A stretch of DNA of 64,000 bases from an uncultured Clostridiaceae bacterium. Its GTDB lineage: Bacteria > Bacillota > Clostridia > TANB77 > CAG-508. The notes under the pieces are model-generated. The model made no database searches. It was not told where the DNA came from and was given only the letters and a program-made list of their open reading frames with translations. The position numbers and the translations under genes are program-made. Position 1 is the first letter of the stretch. The number at the start of each line of letters is the position of its first letter. The DNA is taken from positions 19,479 through 83,478 of the forward strand of contig CAMMAC010000002.1 in the NCBI GenBank assembly GCA_946493085.1. The letters run 5' to 3'. Shown piece after piece: positions 18,098-28,435 of this stretch.

Positions 18098-18892
18098 ATG
18101 GATAATAGAAGCATAGGAATGTTTGATTCAGGGGTGGGTGGTCTTACTGTTTTAAAAGAAGTAAAAAAAGAACTACCACAAGAAAGTATTGTTTATTTGG
18201 GAGATACAAAACGTTTTCCGTATGGAAGTAAATCTAGAGAAAGCATTATACAATTAACACAAAAAGGAATGGATTTTTTAATTTCGCAAGATGTAAAAGC
18301 AATTGTGATAGCCTGTGGAACAGCAACTAGTCAAGCTTTAGAAGAAATGCAAAGAAGGTACCGTATTCCTATTATGGGGATTATAGATAGTACAGTGCAA
18401 TATATAAAGCAGAAATCAAACTTAAGGACGGTAGGAGTAATAGCAACAGCTGGTACCATTCGCAGTAGAGGATGGGAAAAGAAGTTAAAAGAGCAAATTC
18501 CAGAAATAGAAGTAAAAAGTAAAGCTTGCCCACTTTTAGCACCAATGGCAGAAGAAGGATGGATTAGTAATGAGGTAGCAAGATTAACGATTAAAGAATA
18601 TCTAAAAGATATGAAAAATGTAGATGCACTCATATTGGGATGTACTCATTATCCTTTATTCGAGCCGTTAATAAAAGAAGAGTTAGGAGATACCGTGGAA
18701 ATTATCCATACAGGGAAATTAGTAAGTAAACAATTAAAAGAAATGCTATTAGAACAAAAAGAAGAAGGAGAATCATTCTCTGCAAATACTCAAATTTATT
18801 TAACAGATAGAGAAACGAATTTTATACAGGTAGCAAGTAGAATGCTAGAAAATACAGAGATAGAAAAACAAATAAAAGAGATACAAATATAG
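18098..18892 (+). CDS. murI: Glutamate racemase
   Basis: FDSGVGGLTVL, IACGTAT and GCTHYPL active-site Cys motifs. Confidence 0.92.
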   Translation: MDNRSIGMFDSGVGGLTVLKEVKKELPQESIVYLGDTKRFPYGSKSRESIIQLTQKGMDFLISQDVKAIVIACGTATSQALEEMQRRYRIPIMGIIDSTVQYIKQKSNLRTVGVIATAGTIRSRGWEKKLKEQIPEIEVKSKACPLLAPMAEEGWISNEVARLTIKEYLKDMKNVDALILGCTHYPLFEPLIKEELGDTVEIIHTGKLVSKQLKEMLLEQKEEGESFSANTQIYLTDRETNFIQVASRMLENTEIEKQIKEIQI

Positions 18893-18960
18893 GAATATAG
18901 ACAAGTCAGTCTCCATATATATGTAGTGATAGAAAACAAGAAAGAGGAGAGAGGCTATTT

Positions 18961-19587
18961 ATGAAAATAAAAAGGATTATTGTATTAATAGTATGTCTAC
19001 TAATGATGAGTGCTTGTGTATATGCAGCCGATGAAGTAAATTTTATTATTTCTTATGATGGGATAGTGGTAGAAAATGAAGCAAAGGCAGTAAACATTGT
19101 ACTAGAAGGAAAAAGTGCACCAACCTATACAAAGGTAAGAGTAAAAGTAGATGTATCTGGACCAGCTACTCCTAAGTTAATAGCAAAAGATTCTTTGGGA
19201 GCAGACATTGACATTGCACAAACTGGTTATTGGGGACCAGATACAGGTTTTCCAATTCAAGGAGATTTTAAAAATGAGACCCCCGTTACAGCAACTTTTC
19301 CAAAAGCAGGGGAATACACAATTACCGTTAGTTTATTAAATTTAGAAAGTGGCAATAGTGTTATTACTACAAAAAGCATTACAGTAGATGTGCAAGAACA
19401 AGCAGCTATGACGAATACCATAGAAAATACAATTGTAAATACTGTAGAAAACACAGTAGTAAATAATGAAGAAGCTACAGAGCTTCCGAAAACGGGAACC
19501 AGTTTAGTAGAGTATGTGATTTACGCATTCGTAATTCTAGCATTTATCTATATGATATATAGTATTAAACAAAAAAATGTATCGTAA
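18961..19587 (+). CDS. LPXTG-type cell-wall-anchored surface protein
   Basis: Signal peptide ending VYAADE. C-terminal LPKTG followed by a hydrophobic helix and a KQKNVS tail. Confidence 0.8.
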   Translation: MKIKRIIVLIVCLLMMSACVYAADEVNFIISYDGIVVENEAKAVNIVLEGKSAPTYTKVRVKVDVSGPATPKLIAKDSLGADIDIAQTGYWGPDTGFPIQGDFKNETPVTATFPKAGEYTITVSLLNLESGNSVITTKSITVDVQEQAAMTNTIENTIVNTVENTVVNNEEATELPKTGTSLVEYVIYAFVILAFIYMIYSIKQKNVS

Positions 19588-20197
19588 AAATGGGAAATTA
19601 TTATTTGGCATTCTATTTGCTATTATGTTTTTAGTTGCATTATCCATTATCTTATTGGAACAAATAGATATCAATTCAATGAAAAACTACGAGACAGCCA
19701 AAAAACTTCCTATAAAAATAGAGAATTATCAGGAAGAAGAAATAAAAATACAAGAGGAAGAAAGCTTAAATTTGCCAGAATATACGAATTTGCCTAGAGA
19801 ATGGAAAGGATATACCGTAATTGGAAAGATAGAAATTCCAAAATTGAATTTAGAAAAATATATTTTGTCGGAAACAAGTGAGCAAGCACTAAAGGTTGCT
19901 GTTACGAAAACAGCGGGGCCTAGAGTAAATGAAATTGGCAATTTGTGTATTGCAGGACATAATTATACACAAACATTTGGAAGATTAAAAGAATTAGAAA
20001 AAGGAGACATTTTAATACTGACAGATACTTATGATCGAAAAATAACTTATCAAATTTATGACACATTTAAAGTAAGTCCAACAGATACTTCTTGCCTTTC
20101 GCAAGAGACGAAAGGAGAAAGAAAAGTAACTTTAATTACTTGTACATTAGGAGCAATTAAAAGACAAATTATCAAAGCGATAGAAGTATATGATTAA
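19577..20197 (+). CDS. Sortase (transpeptidase), catalytically intact
   Basis: N-terminal TM helix. GNLCIAGHNY (His), KVTLITCT (Cys), IKRQIIKA (Arg). Overlaps its putative substrate gene. Confidence 0.85.
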   Translation: MYRKNGKLLFGILFAIMFLVALSIILLEQIDINSMKNYETAKKLPIKIENYQEEEIKIQEEESLNLPEYTNLPREWKGYTVIGKIEIPKLNLEKYILSETSEQALKVAVTKTAGPRVNEIGNLCIAGHNYTQTFGRLKELEKGDILILTDTYDRKITYQIYDTFKVSPTDTSCLSQETKGERKVTLITCTLGAIKRQIIKAIEVYD

Positions 20198-20406
20198 ATA
20201 GTCATGCTGTATTGTTAATATAAAAAATGGTAGGGAAAATGCAACCTATCGTTTTTTATTGTATAGGAAAAATCGAAGCCTAACATTTTCTGTTGTATAA
20301 ATAAAAGGTAATTTTGAAATTATTGCAAAGAAAAATGTTGAATAAAAGGTAAAAAAGTAGTAAAATAATAATAGGAGAAAACGGAAGAAAAGGGAGGTAG
20401 CAAATA

Positions 20407-21558
20407 ATGAAAAAGAGAGGAGAAAAAGGTGTTACGTTAATAGCTTTAGCCATTACTATAGCTGTTTTAGCCATATTAGGTTTTTCAATAACAGCAAATT
20501 TAGATGGGCTGAAAGATACAAAAAATAAAACTAATTTCGAAGAAGATATGCATAAATTATCGGAGAAAGTAGAACAATATTATGCAAGATATAATAGGAT
20601 ACCTGTTTTGAATGAATATAAAAATACCTCTATGTTTATAAATGACAAAAATATAAATGATAGTTCTACTTATTGGGTATTAGATGTAGCAAGACTAGGG
20701 ATTACATCTTTAAATTATGGATTAGATTATGCTCCTATTAAAAAGTTAGAAGATACCACAGCAGATGTGTCACAATATACAGATGTATATATTGTTAATA
20801 AAGCATCCCATACAATTTACTATCCAGAAGGAGTAGAATATGATGGAAAAATAAATTATACATTGAAAAATAATTATTCTAATGTTAATGTTACTACGAC
20901 AGCAAGCATTGAATTTTCAGGAGAAACAACACAAACAACAACACCTACTATTCAAGCAGAAGTAAAACATATATCCTATACCGATATTGTTTTGGAAGAG
21001 TGTAGATGGATATTGTCTACACAAAGTGAGCCAATAGGAACGGAAAAAGAAAAATATACGAATAGCTTTTTACAGGAACAGCAAACAATAGATTTAAGTA
21101 TGCAAACTCCAGGAGACTATTATTTACACGTATTAACAGTAGATGATGAAGAAAATAGAGGAGAAACAATTAGTAGTAAAATTTCTGTAGCAGCAAATTA
21201 TCATGAACATGAAGGAAGTCCAACAACAGGTGGAGGATGTTATACAAAAGAAATAAGGCATACACATTCTAGTTCTTGTTATAAAACTTGTACAATTATA
21301 TATAGTGGCTGTAAAACAGCAGTAGAAAAAAATGATAATCAAATTCGATGTACTTATACAATAACACATAGAAATTGTGGGGAACCTGAAAGAGAAAGTA
21401 GTAGATGGCATGCAGACGATGGTAATTCACATGTTAATAATGATTCAACCTCTACACATCAATATCTAGTTTGTAACCTAGGCACAGGTATAACAGGATA
21501 TGATTTGGGTTGTGGCAAAGATGAAACAACAGTAGAAAGTTATACAATTAATTATTAA
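20407..21558 (+). CDS. Pilin-like N-terminus protein (non-canonical, no Glu5) with Cys/His-rich C-terminal module
   Basis: MKKRGEKG/VTLIALAITIAVLAILG. C-terminus HEHEGSPTTGGGCYTKEIRHTHSSSCYKTC... Confidence 0.55.
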   Translation: MKKRGEKGVTLIALAITIAVLAILGFSITANLDGLKDTKNKTNFEEDMHKLSEKVEQYYARYNRIPVLNEYKNTSMFINDKNINDSSTYWVLDVARLGITSLNYGLDYAPIKKLEDTTADVSQYTDVYIVNKASHTIYYPEGVEYDGKINYTLKNNYSNVNVTTTASIEFSGETTQTTTPTIQAEVKHISYTDIVLEECRWILSTQSEPIGTEKEKYTNSFLQEQQTIDLSMQTPGDYYLHVLTVDDEENRGETISSKISVAANYHEHEGSPTTGGGCYTKEIRHTHSSSCYKTCTIIYSGCKTAVEKNDNQIRCTYTITHRNCGEPERESSRWHADDGNSHVNNDSTSTHQYLVCNLGTGITGYDLGCGKDETTVESYTINY

Positions 21559-21584
21559 GTTTATAAAGATAGTAATAGAAAAAA

Positions 21585-21619
21585 TAGTTTGAAGAGAAAG
21601 ATAGCTTCAAACTATTTTT
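21585..21619 (+). terminator. Rho-independent terminator
   Basis: tagtttgaag / cttcaaacta stem plus TTTTT. Confidence 0.7.
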
Positions 21620-21694
21620 GTATTTTAAGAAAGCAGAATAAATCCTTATAAAGAAGCATACAATGAAACAGCAAGAATGAGGAGGAAAACTGGT

Positions 21695-22465
21695 ATGCTA
21701 ATTGTTTTCAATAAATTTAAAATTTTTTCGTATATTGTTTCTTTAACTACAGTTATTATTTTATTTGCGATGGCTTTTATGATGACAAGTCCAGAAAAAA
21801 CAATAGAAACCTCTGCTTCTACCAAAGCGCTTCCTATTTATAATGTAGCAAGAGAAGAAAAAAAGGTTGCCTTCACAATGAATTGTGCTTGGGGAGCGGA
21901 AGATATAGATAGCATTTTAGATACACTTTCTAAATACAAAGTACAAATAACCTTCTTTATTGTAGGAGATTTTGCAGAGAAATATCCAGATGCAGTAAAG
22001 AAAATTGCAGACGCAGGACATGAAATTGGGAATCATTCCGATACTCATCCACATGTAAACAACTTAAGCTTAGAAAAAAATATAGAAGAGATACAAGAGT
22101 GTAGTAAAAAAATAGAATCTATAACTGGAAAAAAGACAACTTTGTATAGAGGTCCTTATGGGGAATATAATGATATAGTAATACAGGCTGCGGAATCTCA
22201 AGGACATACGGCTATTCAATGGAATATAGATACTTTGGATTATTCCGGCTTAACAGGAGAGCAAATGTGGAGCAGAATAAAAGAAAAATTAGCACCTGGA
22301 AGTATTATATTAAGTCATAACGGAACAAAACACACGGCAGATAGCCTCGATATGTTGTTGCACCAAATTATAGAAGAAAACGGCTATCAAGTAGTAACAG
22401 TGTCTAATTTGATATATAAAGAAAATTATATCATAGATAGTAATGGAACACAAAGGAATGTATAA
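21695..22465 (+). CDS. Polysaccharide deacetylase (PdaB-like, sporulation-type)
   Basis: N-terminal TM helix. AFTMNCAWG, TFFIVGDF and HEIGNHSDTHPH NodB motifs. gaggagg SD before ATG 21695. Confidence 0.8.
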   Translation: MLIVFNKFKIFSYIVSLTTVIILFAMAFMMTSPEKTIETSASTKALPIYNVAREEKKVAFTMNCAWGAEDIDSILDTLSKYKVQITFFIVGDFAEKYPDAVKKIADAGHEIGNHSDTHPHVNNLSLEKNIEEIQECSKKIESITGKKTTLYRGPYGEYNDIVIQAAESQGHTAIQWNIDTLDYSGLTGEQMWSRIKEKLAPGSIILSHNGTKHTADSLDMLLHQIIEENGYQVVTVSNLIYKENYIIDSNGTQRNV

Positions 22466-22518
22466 AATGAAAAATTTGGGAAATAATAAAAGGGAAAGAT
22501 AAAAAAGGGGAAAAAGAA

Positions 22519-22998
22519 ATGCCTTTTATTGGAATTATTTCAGAAGAGAATAATGAAAATCGAATTAGAAGATTTCTATTAGAAAAATTAAGTTGGCCAG
22601 AGAGTTCTATATTGTGCATCAAGGAAAAAAGTGTTGAGAATATAAAGAATATTCGCTTTGAAACTATTTTACTTGCTAAGCAATTTAAAAATGTAGAAGC
22701 ATTAAAAAATATACTAAAGCATACTACTTATTTAGTAAGTAATGTAGATATTGAACAAAACTGGGAAATTTTAAAAGATTTAGAATTGACAGTCATTACT
22801 TATGGATTTAATTCAAAAGCAACGATTACAGCTTCATCTGTAGAAGAAGATCAGGTAATGGTTTGTTTGCAAAGAACAATGAAAACAAGAGAAGGAAAAC
22901 AAATGGAACCACAAGAAATTCAAATGGAAAAACTAGAAAGTGTAAATGATACGATGGGAGTTACCGGAATTTTATGGCTTTATGATAAAATAAAATGA
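22519..22998 (+). CDS. Hypothetical protein
   Basis: ORF with ggggaaaaag SD. No motif recognised. Confidence 0.45.
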   Translation: MPFIGIISEENNENRIRRFLLEKLSWPESSILCIKEKSVENIKNIRFETILLAKQFKNVEALKNILKHTTYLVSNVDIEQNWEILKDLELTVITYGFNSKATITASSVEEDQVMVCLQRTMKTREGKQMEPQEIQMEKLESVNDTMGVTGILWLYDKIK

Positions 22999-23069
22999 GT
23001 AAAAGAGAGTAAAATATGTATAAAATAGGCAAATTATATAAAAAATTTCAAAAAAATTAACATTTTATG

Positions 23070-23098
23070 TAGACAAAACCAAAAAAAGGTAGTATAAT
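23070..23098 (+). promoter_or_regulatory. Candidate promoter (TAGACA-17-TATAAT)
   Basis: Hexamers at 23070..23075 and 23093..23098, upstream of the SSB-like gene. Confidence 0.45.
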
Positions 23099-23183
23099 AG
23101 TTTTAGTGTGAAAAAGTATTCTAAAAAACATACAAGAAGAATAAAATACAAGTAGATAAACAAAAGTAGGGGAGGAAATAAAA

Positions 23184-23882
23184 TTGAATACAAATTATTC
23201 AGAAAACAACCAATTAATCCTAGTTGGTAAAGTAACAAGTGAAAAGAAATTTAGTCACGAAATTTATGGGGAGAAATTCTACATATTTGACTTAAAAGTA
23301 CCTCGTTTAAGTGGAAATGCAGATATTATTCCAATTACTATTTCAGAAAGATTGTTATTAGAACAAGATTTAGAGCCTGGCAAAAACATTATTATAGAAG
23401 GGCAATTTAGATCTTATAATAGCTATGAAAATGAGAAGAATAGATTGGTATTAACTGTATTTGCCAAAGAAATTAAATTTGCAGAAAATCAAGAAGAAGA
23501 ATTTAAACCTAGCAAAGAAAATACTTCTAACGAAGTTGTATTAGATGGATTTATCTGTAAAAAACCAATTTACAGAAAAACACCATTTGGAAGAGAAATT
23601 TCTGATATTTTACTTGCCGTTAATAGAGCTTACAATAAATCAGACTATATTCCATGTATTGCATGGGGACGTAATGCTAGATTTTGTGAAAACATAGCAG
23701 TAGGAACAGAAGTAAGAATTGTGGGAAGAGTACAATCTAGACAATATGAAAAGAAATATGAAGATGGAACATCTGAAATAAGAGTTGCTTATGAAGTATC
23801 TGTAGCAAGTCTAGAGGTTATTGAACAAGAAGGAGACGCAAAACAAAGCGAAGAAATAGAGGAAAATAAAGAAGCTATCTAA
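23184..23882 (+). CDS. Single-stranded-DNA-binding-like protein with two OB-fold-like halves, acidic tail
   Basis: TTG start behind ggggagg. LILVGKVTSE... and VLDGFICKKPIYRKTPFGREI...RIVGRVQSRQYEKK resemble SSB OB folds. Confidence 0.55.
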   Translation: MNTNYSENNQLILVGKVTSEKKFSHEIYGEKFYIFDLKVPRLSGNADIIPITISERLLLEQDLEPGKNIIIEGQFRSYNSYENEKNRLVLTVFAKEIKFAENQEEEFKPSKENTSNEVVLDGFICKKPIYRKTPFGREISDILLAVNRAYNKSDYIPCIAWGRNARFCENIAVGTEVRIVGRVQSRQYEKKYEDGTSEIRVAYEVSVASLEVIEQEGDAKQSEEIEENKEAI

Positions 23883-23957
23883 ATAAAAGCAGAATAAAAG
23901 AAAAGGGGCTATTAAAAAATAAAATAAAAAAATAAGAAACCACTTAAAAAGGGCTTC

Positions 23958-24116
23958 TTATTTTTTTTCTTTTGGAATGACAATATTCTTTTTTTCTTTT
24001 TCCTCCTTAGGCTTTTCTATATCAATATGTTGGTAAACAGGAGAAATATCTAAATCTTCTAAATCTTTTTTGTCACCTGGGACAATCTCAATTTTTTTAG
24101 GTTCTTTTTCATCCAT
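23958..24116 (-). CDS. Possible small 52-aa Lys/Glu-rich ORF
   Basis: MDEKEPKKIEIVPGDKKDLEDLDISPVYQHIDIEKPKEEKEKKNIVIPKEKK. Weak SD (ggatggtga). Confidence 0.25.
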   Translation of the reverse strand: MDEKEPKKIEIVPGDKKDLEDLDISPVYQHIDIEKPKEEKEKKNIVIPKEKK

Positions 24117-24186
24117 ATTTTCACCATCCTAATTCAAATTCTAAACTTATCCTATCATAGAATAGAATAAAGTGCAAGAAAAATGC

Positions 24187-26799
24187 TTAAGTAATGTTAG
24201 TTTTTATAATAGTAGCAATATCTTCTTTATACAGTTTTTTATTAGCATATAAAATACTAATAAAAATAACAGCATATATTAAAATAATAGAAATGAAAAT
24301 ACTAATAAGGTCTATTGAAAAACGGTATACTTGTGTATTAATCATCGTATGATATAAAAAGTAAAGAATACCAATACTAATAAAAATACCAATTATTAAA
24401 GAAATAGTACCGTAAAAAAGTCCTTCCAAAAATAATATTTTATTCATCTGCCTATTAGACATGCCAATCGCTTTTAATTCAGCAAATTCGGTTTTTCTCA
24501 TACTTAAACTAGAAAAAACAATATTCAATACAGTTATAATTGTTAAGACAAATATAAATACGAGAAAACTATACAATAAAATTTCTTTTATTAAGATTTC
24601 GTTTTTTTCTATTTGTTGTGAAGCAGATAGATTAGAACTTTCTATAACAATAGGAGCATTTTCATATTTCGCTTTTAAAGAATACACTAATTCGTCTAAT
24701 TCATTAGGTTTAGAAGTTTGAATATAAAAATTAGTAAAATCGCTAAATTCTGCACCGACCGTTTCCAAAAATAATTGCGAGAAGGTATCTTTATTTACAA
24801 TTAAATAAATGTCTGTTAAAGTAAAAGAAGGAAGACATGTTGGAACTCTACCTGTGATTGCTTTTATAGATAAACTTATTTGTTTGTTTTCTATTTGACG
24901 ATTAGAATCGCCCACAAGAGAAGAGAGATTATCTAGCACTTCTTGATTTTTCTCATCGTTTATATCTTGTGTATTTAATATAAGATTTTCACCTATTTGA
25001 TAATTTGTTAAACAAACACTATCGTAATATTTATTTTGTGCATTAGAATAATTAATAAGAATACATTCGTTGTTAGACAAAGATAAAGAACTATCTATTT
25101 GCGATAAATAATCTTGATAAGTGGCATCATCTAAAGTAGTTACTAAACAAGAAAGTTGACTTGTATGTTCATTTACTTTATTGAAAGAATTGTTTAACAA
25201 ATTCATTTTGCTATCCACAAATTTAAGCATATCATTTAGTTTGCTGTTATCTAGTACTAAATATAAAGGGTTTAAATTAGCATAAGAATGTATTTCTTCT
25301 ATGAAACCAGAGTTTTGTAGAACCTTTTTTATTTCTATTAATTCTTCCTGAGCTTTATGTTCGGGAGAATAATCTGCTAAGTTTAAAGTATAATTATAAT
25401 TGTGTTGTTCGTATTGATTATAATTGCTTAAATTATAAATATAACCATAAATACTAATAAAAAGTATAATACTAATGGTTAAAGACATTACCATTGTTAT
25501 ATAATGAGATTTTTTTCTTTTCATATTTTTGTATGCTAAAATACCTTCTATTTTAAAGAGTTTTGAAAGCCATTTAGGAACTTGTGTAAAATGTTTTGTT
25601 ACTTTATAATATGTATTTTCACGTAGGGTATTTAAAATACTTACTTTACTAATTTGTATTATAGGAAATAAGACAGAGAAGAATACAATGATAACAATTA
25701 GTAAAATAGAAAAGATAATGCTATACCAAGAAAATACCATTTGTAAAGAAATACTATTTTGTATTAAGGTAGTTGAAATATTGCTTTGAATAAGAGTGAA
25801 TAAGTTGTCAAAAACATGAAGTAGTAATGACACTAATCCAAAACTCAATAAAATTCCAACAGGAATAGCAATACATGTTAAAATAATAATTTCAAAAAAG
25901 TAAATCATAGCAATTTGTTTTTTAGTAGCTCCCACAGAAGAAAGTTTAGCGATATATCTTTTTCTTTCTTGTGTAAAAATATGAAAAATAGTATAAATAA
26001 GAGAAATGGAAGCTACACTTACAATTCCAATGAATACAGAAACAGTAAGGATTAGATTGGTTTGGAAAGTGGAATCAGATTTTGCATTACCTGCATAAGA
26101 AAGTAGTTCTGTATTATAAAGAATTTGAGGAGTAGAGTTTAAGGAATTTAGTTGGCTTTGTATATCATTTGTACAATCGTAAATTTGAGAAATATCTTGG
26201 CATACAATAGAAGCAGTTAGGTAAGAATTGGGTGTAAGGGAATCTTTATTTAAATAAGTAATTGCTCCATTTGTTTTTACGAAAGTTTTTGTATTAAATT
26301 CGTCAAAATCTGTACTCTCTAAAATTCCTGTCACATGAAAGACATATTCCTTTTCATCCAATAAAATGGAAATAGAGTCATCTATTTGTAAAAGAGTACT
26401 TTCGTTTACCAATATTTCATTAGAAGATTGAGGAAGATTACCTTCTTTTAATAAAATAGGCATATTTTTCATTGTATTGGAATCATAAGCCTTTATGTGT
26501 AGTAGTTCCTGTGAATTATCGTTATAAGAGAAAATACCTAAATCTTCTATAAGAGAAATTTCTTTAATACGCTCATCAGATTCAAGAACAGTTAATTTGT
26601 CATAAGGAATTTGGATAAATTGTGCTTCCCAATTTCCTTTATTTCTACATAGGTTTACTACATAATCTTGGTAACTAAGAGCAAGAGTAGTAATAGAATT
26701 GATTAAAATAGAAACAAGAATAATGCTAAGCAAAATAGAAAATACCATTTTTTTATTACTCTTTAATTCTTTAGTAGCTAGTTTCAATAAATTATTCAT
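24187..26799 (-). CDS. ABC transporter permease, duplicated FtsX/MacB-type
   Basis: About 870 aa with two clusters of TM helices separated by large extracytoplasmic regions. ATG overlaps the ATPase stop codon (ATGAATAA). Confidence 0.8.
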   Translation of the reverse strand: MNNLLKLATKELKSNKKMVFSILLSIILVSILINSITTLALSYQDYVVNLCRNKGNWEAQFIQIPYDKLTVLESDERIKEISLIEDLGIFSYNDNSQELLHIKAYDSNTMKNMPILLKEGNLPQSSNEILVNESTLLQIDDSISILLDEKEYVFHVTGILESTDFDEFNTKTFVKTNGAITYLNKDSLTPNSYLTASIVCQDISQIYDCTNDIQSQLNSLNSTPQILYNTELLSYAGNAKSDSTFQTNLILTVSVFIGIVSVASISLIYTIFHIFTQERKRYIAKLSSVGATKKQIAMIYFFEIIILTCIAIPVGILLSFGLVSLLLHVFDNLFTLIQSNISTTLIQNSISLQMVFSWYSIIFSILLIVIIVFFSVLFPIIQISKVSILNTLRENTYYKVTKHFTQVPKWLSKLFKIEGILAYKNMKRKKSHYITMVMSLTISIILFISIYGYIYNLSNYNQYEQHNYNYTLNLADYSPEHKAQEELIEIKKVLQNSGFIEEIHSYANLNPLYLVLDNSKLNDMLKFVDSKMNLLNNSFNKVNEHTSQLSCLVTTLDDATYQDYLSQIDSSLSLSNNECILINYSNAQNKYYDSVCLTNYQIGENLILNTQDINDEKNQEVLDNLSSLVGDSNRQIENKQISLSIKAITGRVPTCLPSFTLTDIYLIVNKDTFSQLFLETVGAEFSDFTNFYIQTSKPNELDELVYSLKAKYENAPIVIESSNLSASQQIEKNEILIKEILLYSFLVFIFVLTIITVLNIVFSSLSMRKTEFAELKAIGMSNRQMNKILFLEGLFYGTISLIIGIFISIGILYFLYHTMINTQVYRFSIDLISIFISIILIYAVIFISILYANKKLYKEDIATIIKTNIT

Positions 26800-27478
26800 G
26801 GATTTGCACCTCATCTTTTATTATTTTTCCGTCTTGTAGTGTAAGAATTCTATTTGTTTGTTTAGCAATTTTTATATCATGCGTCACTAAAAGAATTGTC
26901 TGCTGAAACTTGGTATTGTATTCTTTTAATAGAGTTATAATTTCATTAGAATTTAAAGTATCCAAATTGCCAGTTGGTTCATCCGCAAGAACGATACTAG
27001 GATTAGCCATTAAACATCTTCCAATGGCAACTCTTTGTTGTTGACCACCAGATAGTTGATTAGGTAAAGAATTTTCCTTATCTTGTAGACCTAAAAGAGA
27101 AATAAGATTTTTTAATCTTGCATCATCTGGATTTTTATAATCTAATAAAATAGGTAGTAATATATTTTCTTTTACATTTAGAATTGGTATTAAATTATAA
27201 AATTGAAAAATAAGTTGTGCAGTTCTTCTTCGATAAATAGCAAGTTGAGAGTCTGTTAAAGTGCCAATATCTTTGTTATTTACGAAAATAGTGCCAGAAG
27301 AAGGTTTTTCAATTCCGCCTAAAATATGTAATAAAGTGGATTTACCAGAACCGCTTGCTCCAATAATAGACAAAAATTCTCCTTTTTCTACTGAAAATGA
27401 GATATCATCTAATGCTTTTACTGAATTTTCGTTGTTTCCATAAATTTTAGTTAAATTTTTTACTTCTAATATTTTCAT
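26792..27478 (-). CDS. ABC transporter ATP-binding protein (MacB/LolD-like)
   Basis: Walker A GASGSGKST, signature LSGGQQQRVAIGR, Walker B ILADEPTGNLD. Confidence 0.92.
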   Translation of the reverse strand: MKILEVKNLTKIYGNNENSVKALDDISFSVEKGEFLSIIGASGSGKSTLLHILGGIEKPSSGTIFVNNKDIGTLTDSQLAIYRRRTAQLIFQFYNLIPILNVKENILLPILLDYKNPDDARLKNLISLLGLQDKENSLPNQLSGGQQQRVAIGRCLMANPSIVLADEPTGNLDTLNSNEIITLLKEYNTKFQQTILLVTHDIKIAKQTNRILTLQDGKIIKDEVQIHE

Positions 27479-27643
27479 ATAAAAAATCCCCTCTTTCTTT
27501 TTTTATGTACAGTGTAACATAGTAGTTATTTGTTTGCAATAAAAAATATAAATAAAAGTGCGTATAAAACATCTATACGCACTCCAAGGTTAAAAAATGT
27601 ACTATTATAATGAGATGTTTATAAAGCTACAAAGTCAATTGCC

Positions 27644-28144
27644 TCATGCTGTGTAAAATTGAATTCCTACAACATAATTTCCGGATACATTAGACTGTGG
27701 AGATAAACTAAAATTATAGGTTCCATCTGCTAAATTGCCAATAACAAAAGTATTTTCATTAACAATAGGATAGACGGTTCGAATTGGTGTATCTCCAGAT
27801 TTGATGGTCAATGCAAATGTTGCATTAGGATTGGCAGAAGAATCATAAGTTCTGATAACTATAGCAACTTTTACCAATGAACCACTTAAATTTGCAGGAA
27901 CAGTAAAACTGCTGCTAAGTGAGCCAGTAGTTACAGTAGCAATTGCTCCACCAAGATTGGCGCGAGTAATTGCATCTCCCTGAGGAAGAGCTGTGCCATT
28001 GTCGGCCTCTACCATAGTTTCCACTGCATTGCTGACTTCAGTATATATATTATCTTCAGCAGCAAAACATACAGTACTGGAAAAAATAGCTGTGGACACT
28101 ATAGTAACGAAGGTAATGAACCGCCTTAAAAGTTTATTATTCAT
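27644..28144 (-). CDS. Secreted hypothetical protein (signal peptide, beta-rich)
   Basis: MNNKLLRRFITFVTIVSTAIFSSTVCFAAED signal peptide. Own terminator hairpin at about 27560..27590. Contains an in-frame CGG (Arg8) that does not shift. Confidence 0.6.
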   Translation of the reverse strand: MNNKLLRRFITFVTIVSTAIFSSTVCFAAEDNIYTEVSNAVETMVEADNGTALPQGDAITRANLGGAIATVTTGSLSSSFTVPANLSGSLVKVAIVIRTYDSSANPNATFALTIKSGDTPIRTVYPIVNENTFVIGNLADGTYNFSLSPQSNVSGNYVVGIQFYTA

Positions 28145-28435
28145 ATAACCACCTTTCTGTACATTTTTTAACCTCTATTACTATTGAATGATAGAAGTAC
28201 TTTATCATTCAAAGTAACTCATATTTAGTAAAACTAAACTAGTATATTAGGATAATACCAAAAAAAGGGAAAAAAGTCAATAAAAAATTCCAATTTTTTA
28301 CACAAATATACAAAAAATGTAATTTTATTTCAAAAGATTTAAAGAAAATGAATAAATCCTAAAGAATAAATTGAAAAATGCGGAAACTAATGGTATAATA
28401 ACAAACATAGAGTAAAATAGGAGAGGACTAGTAAA

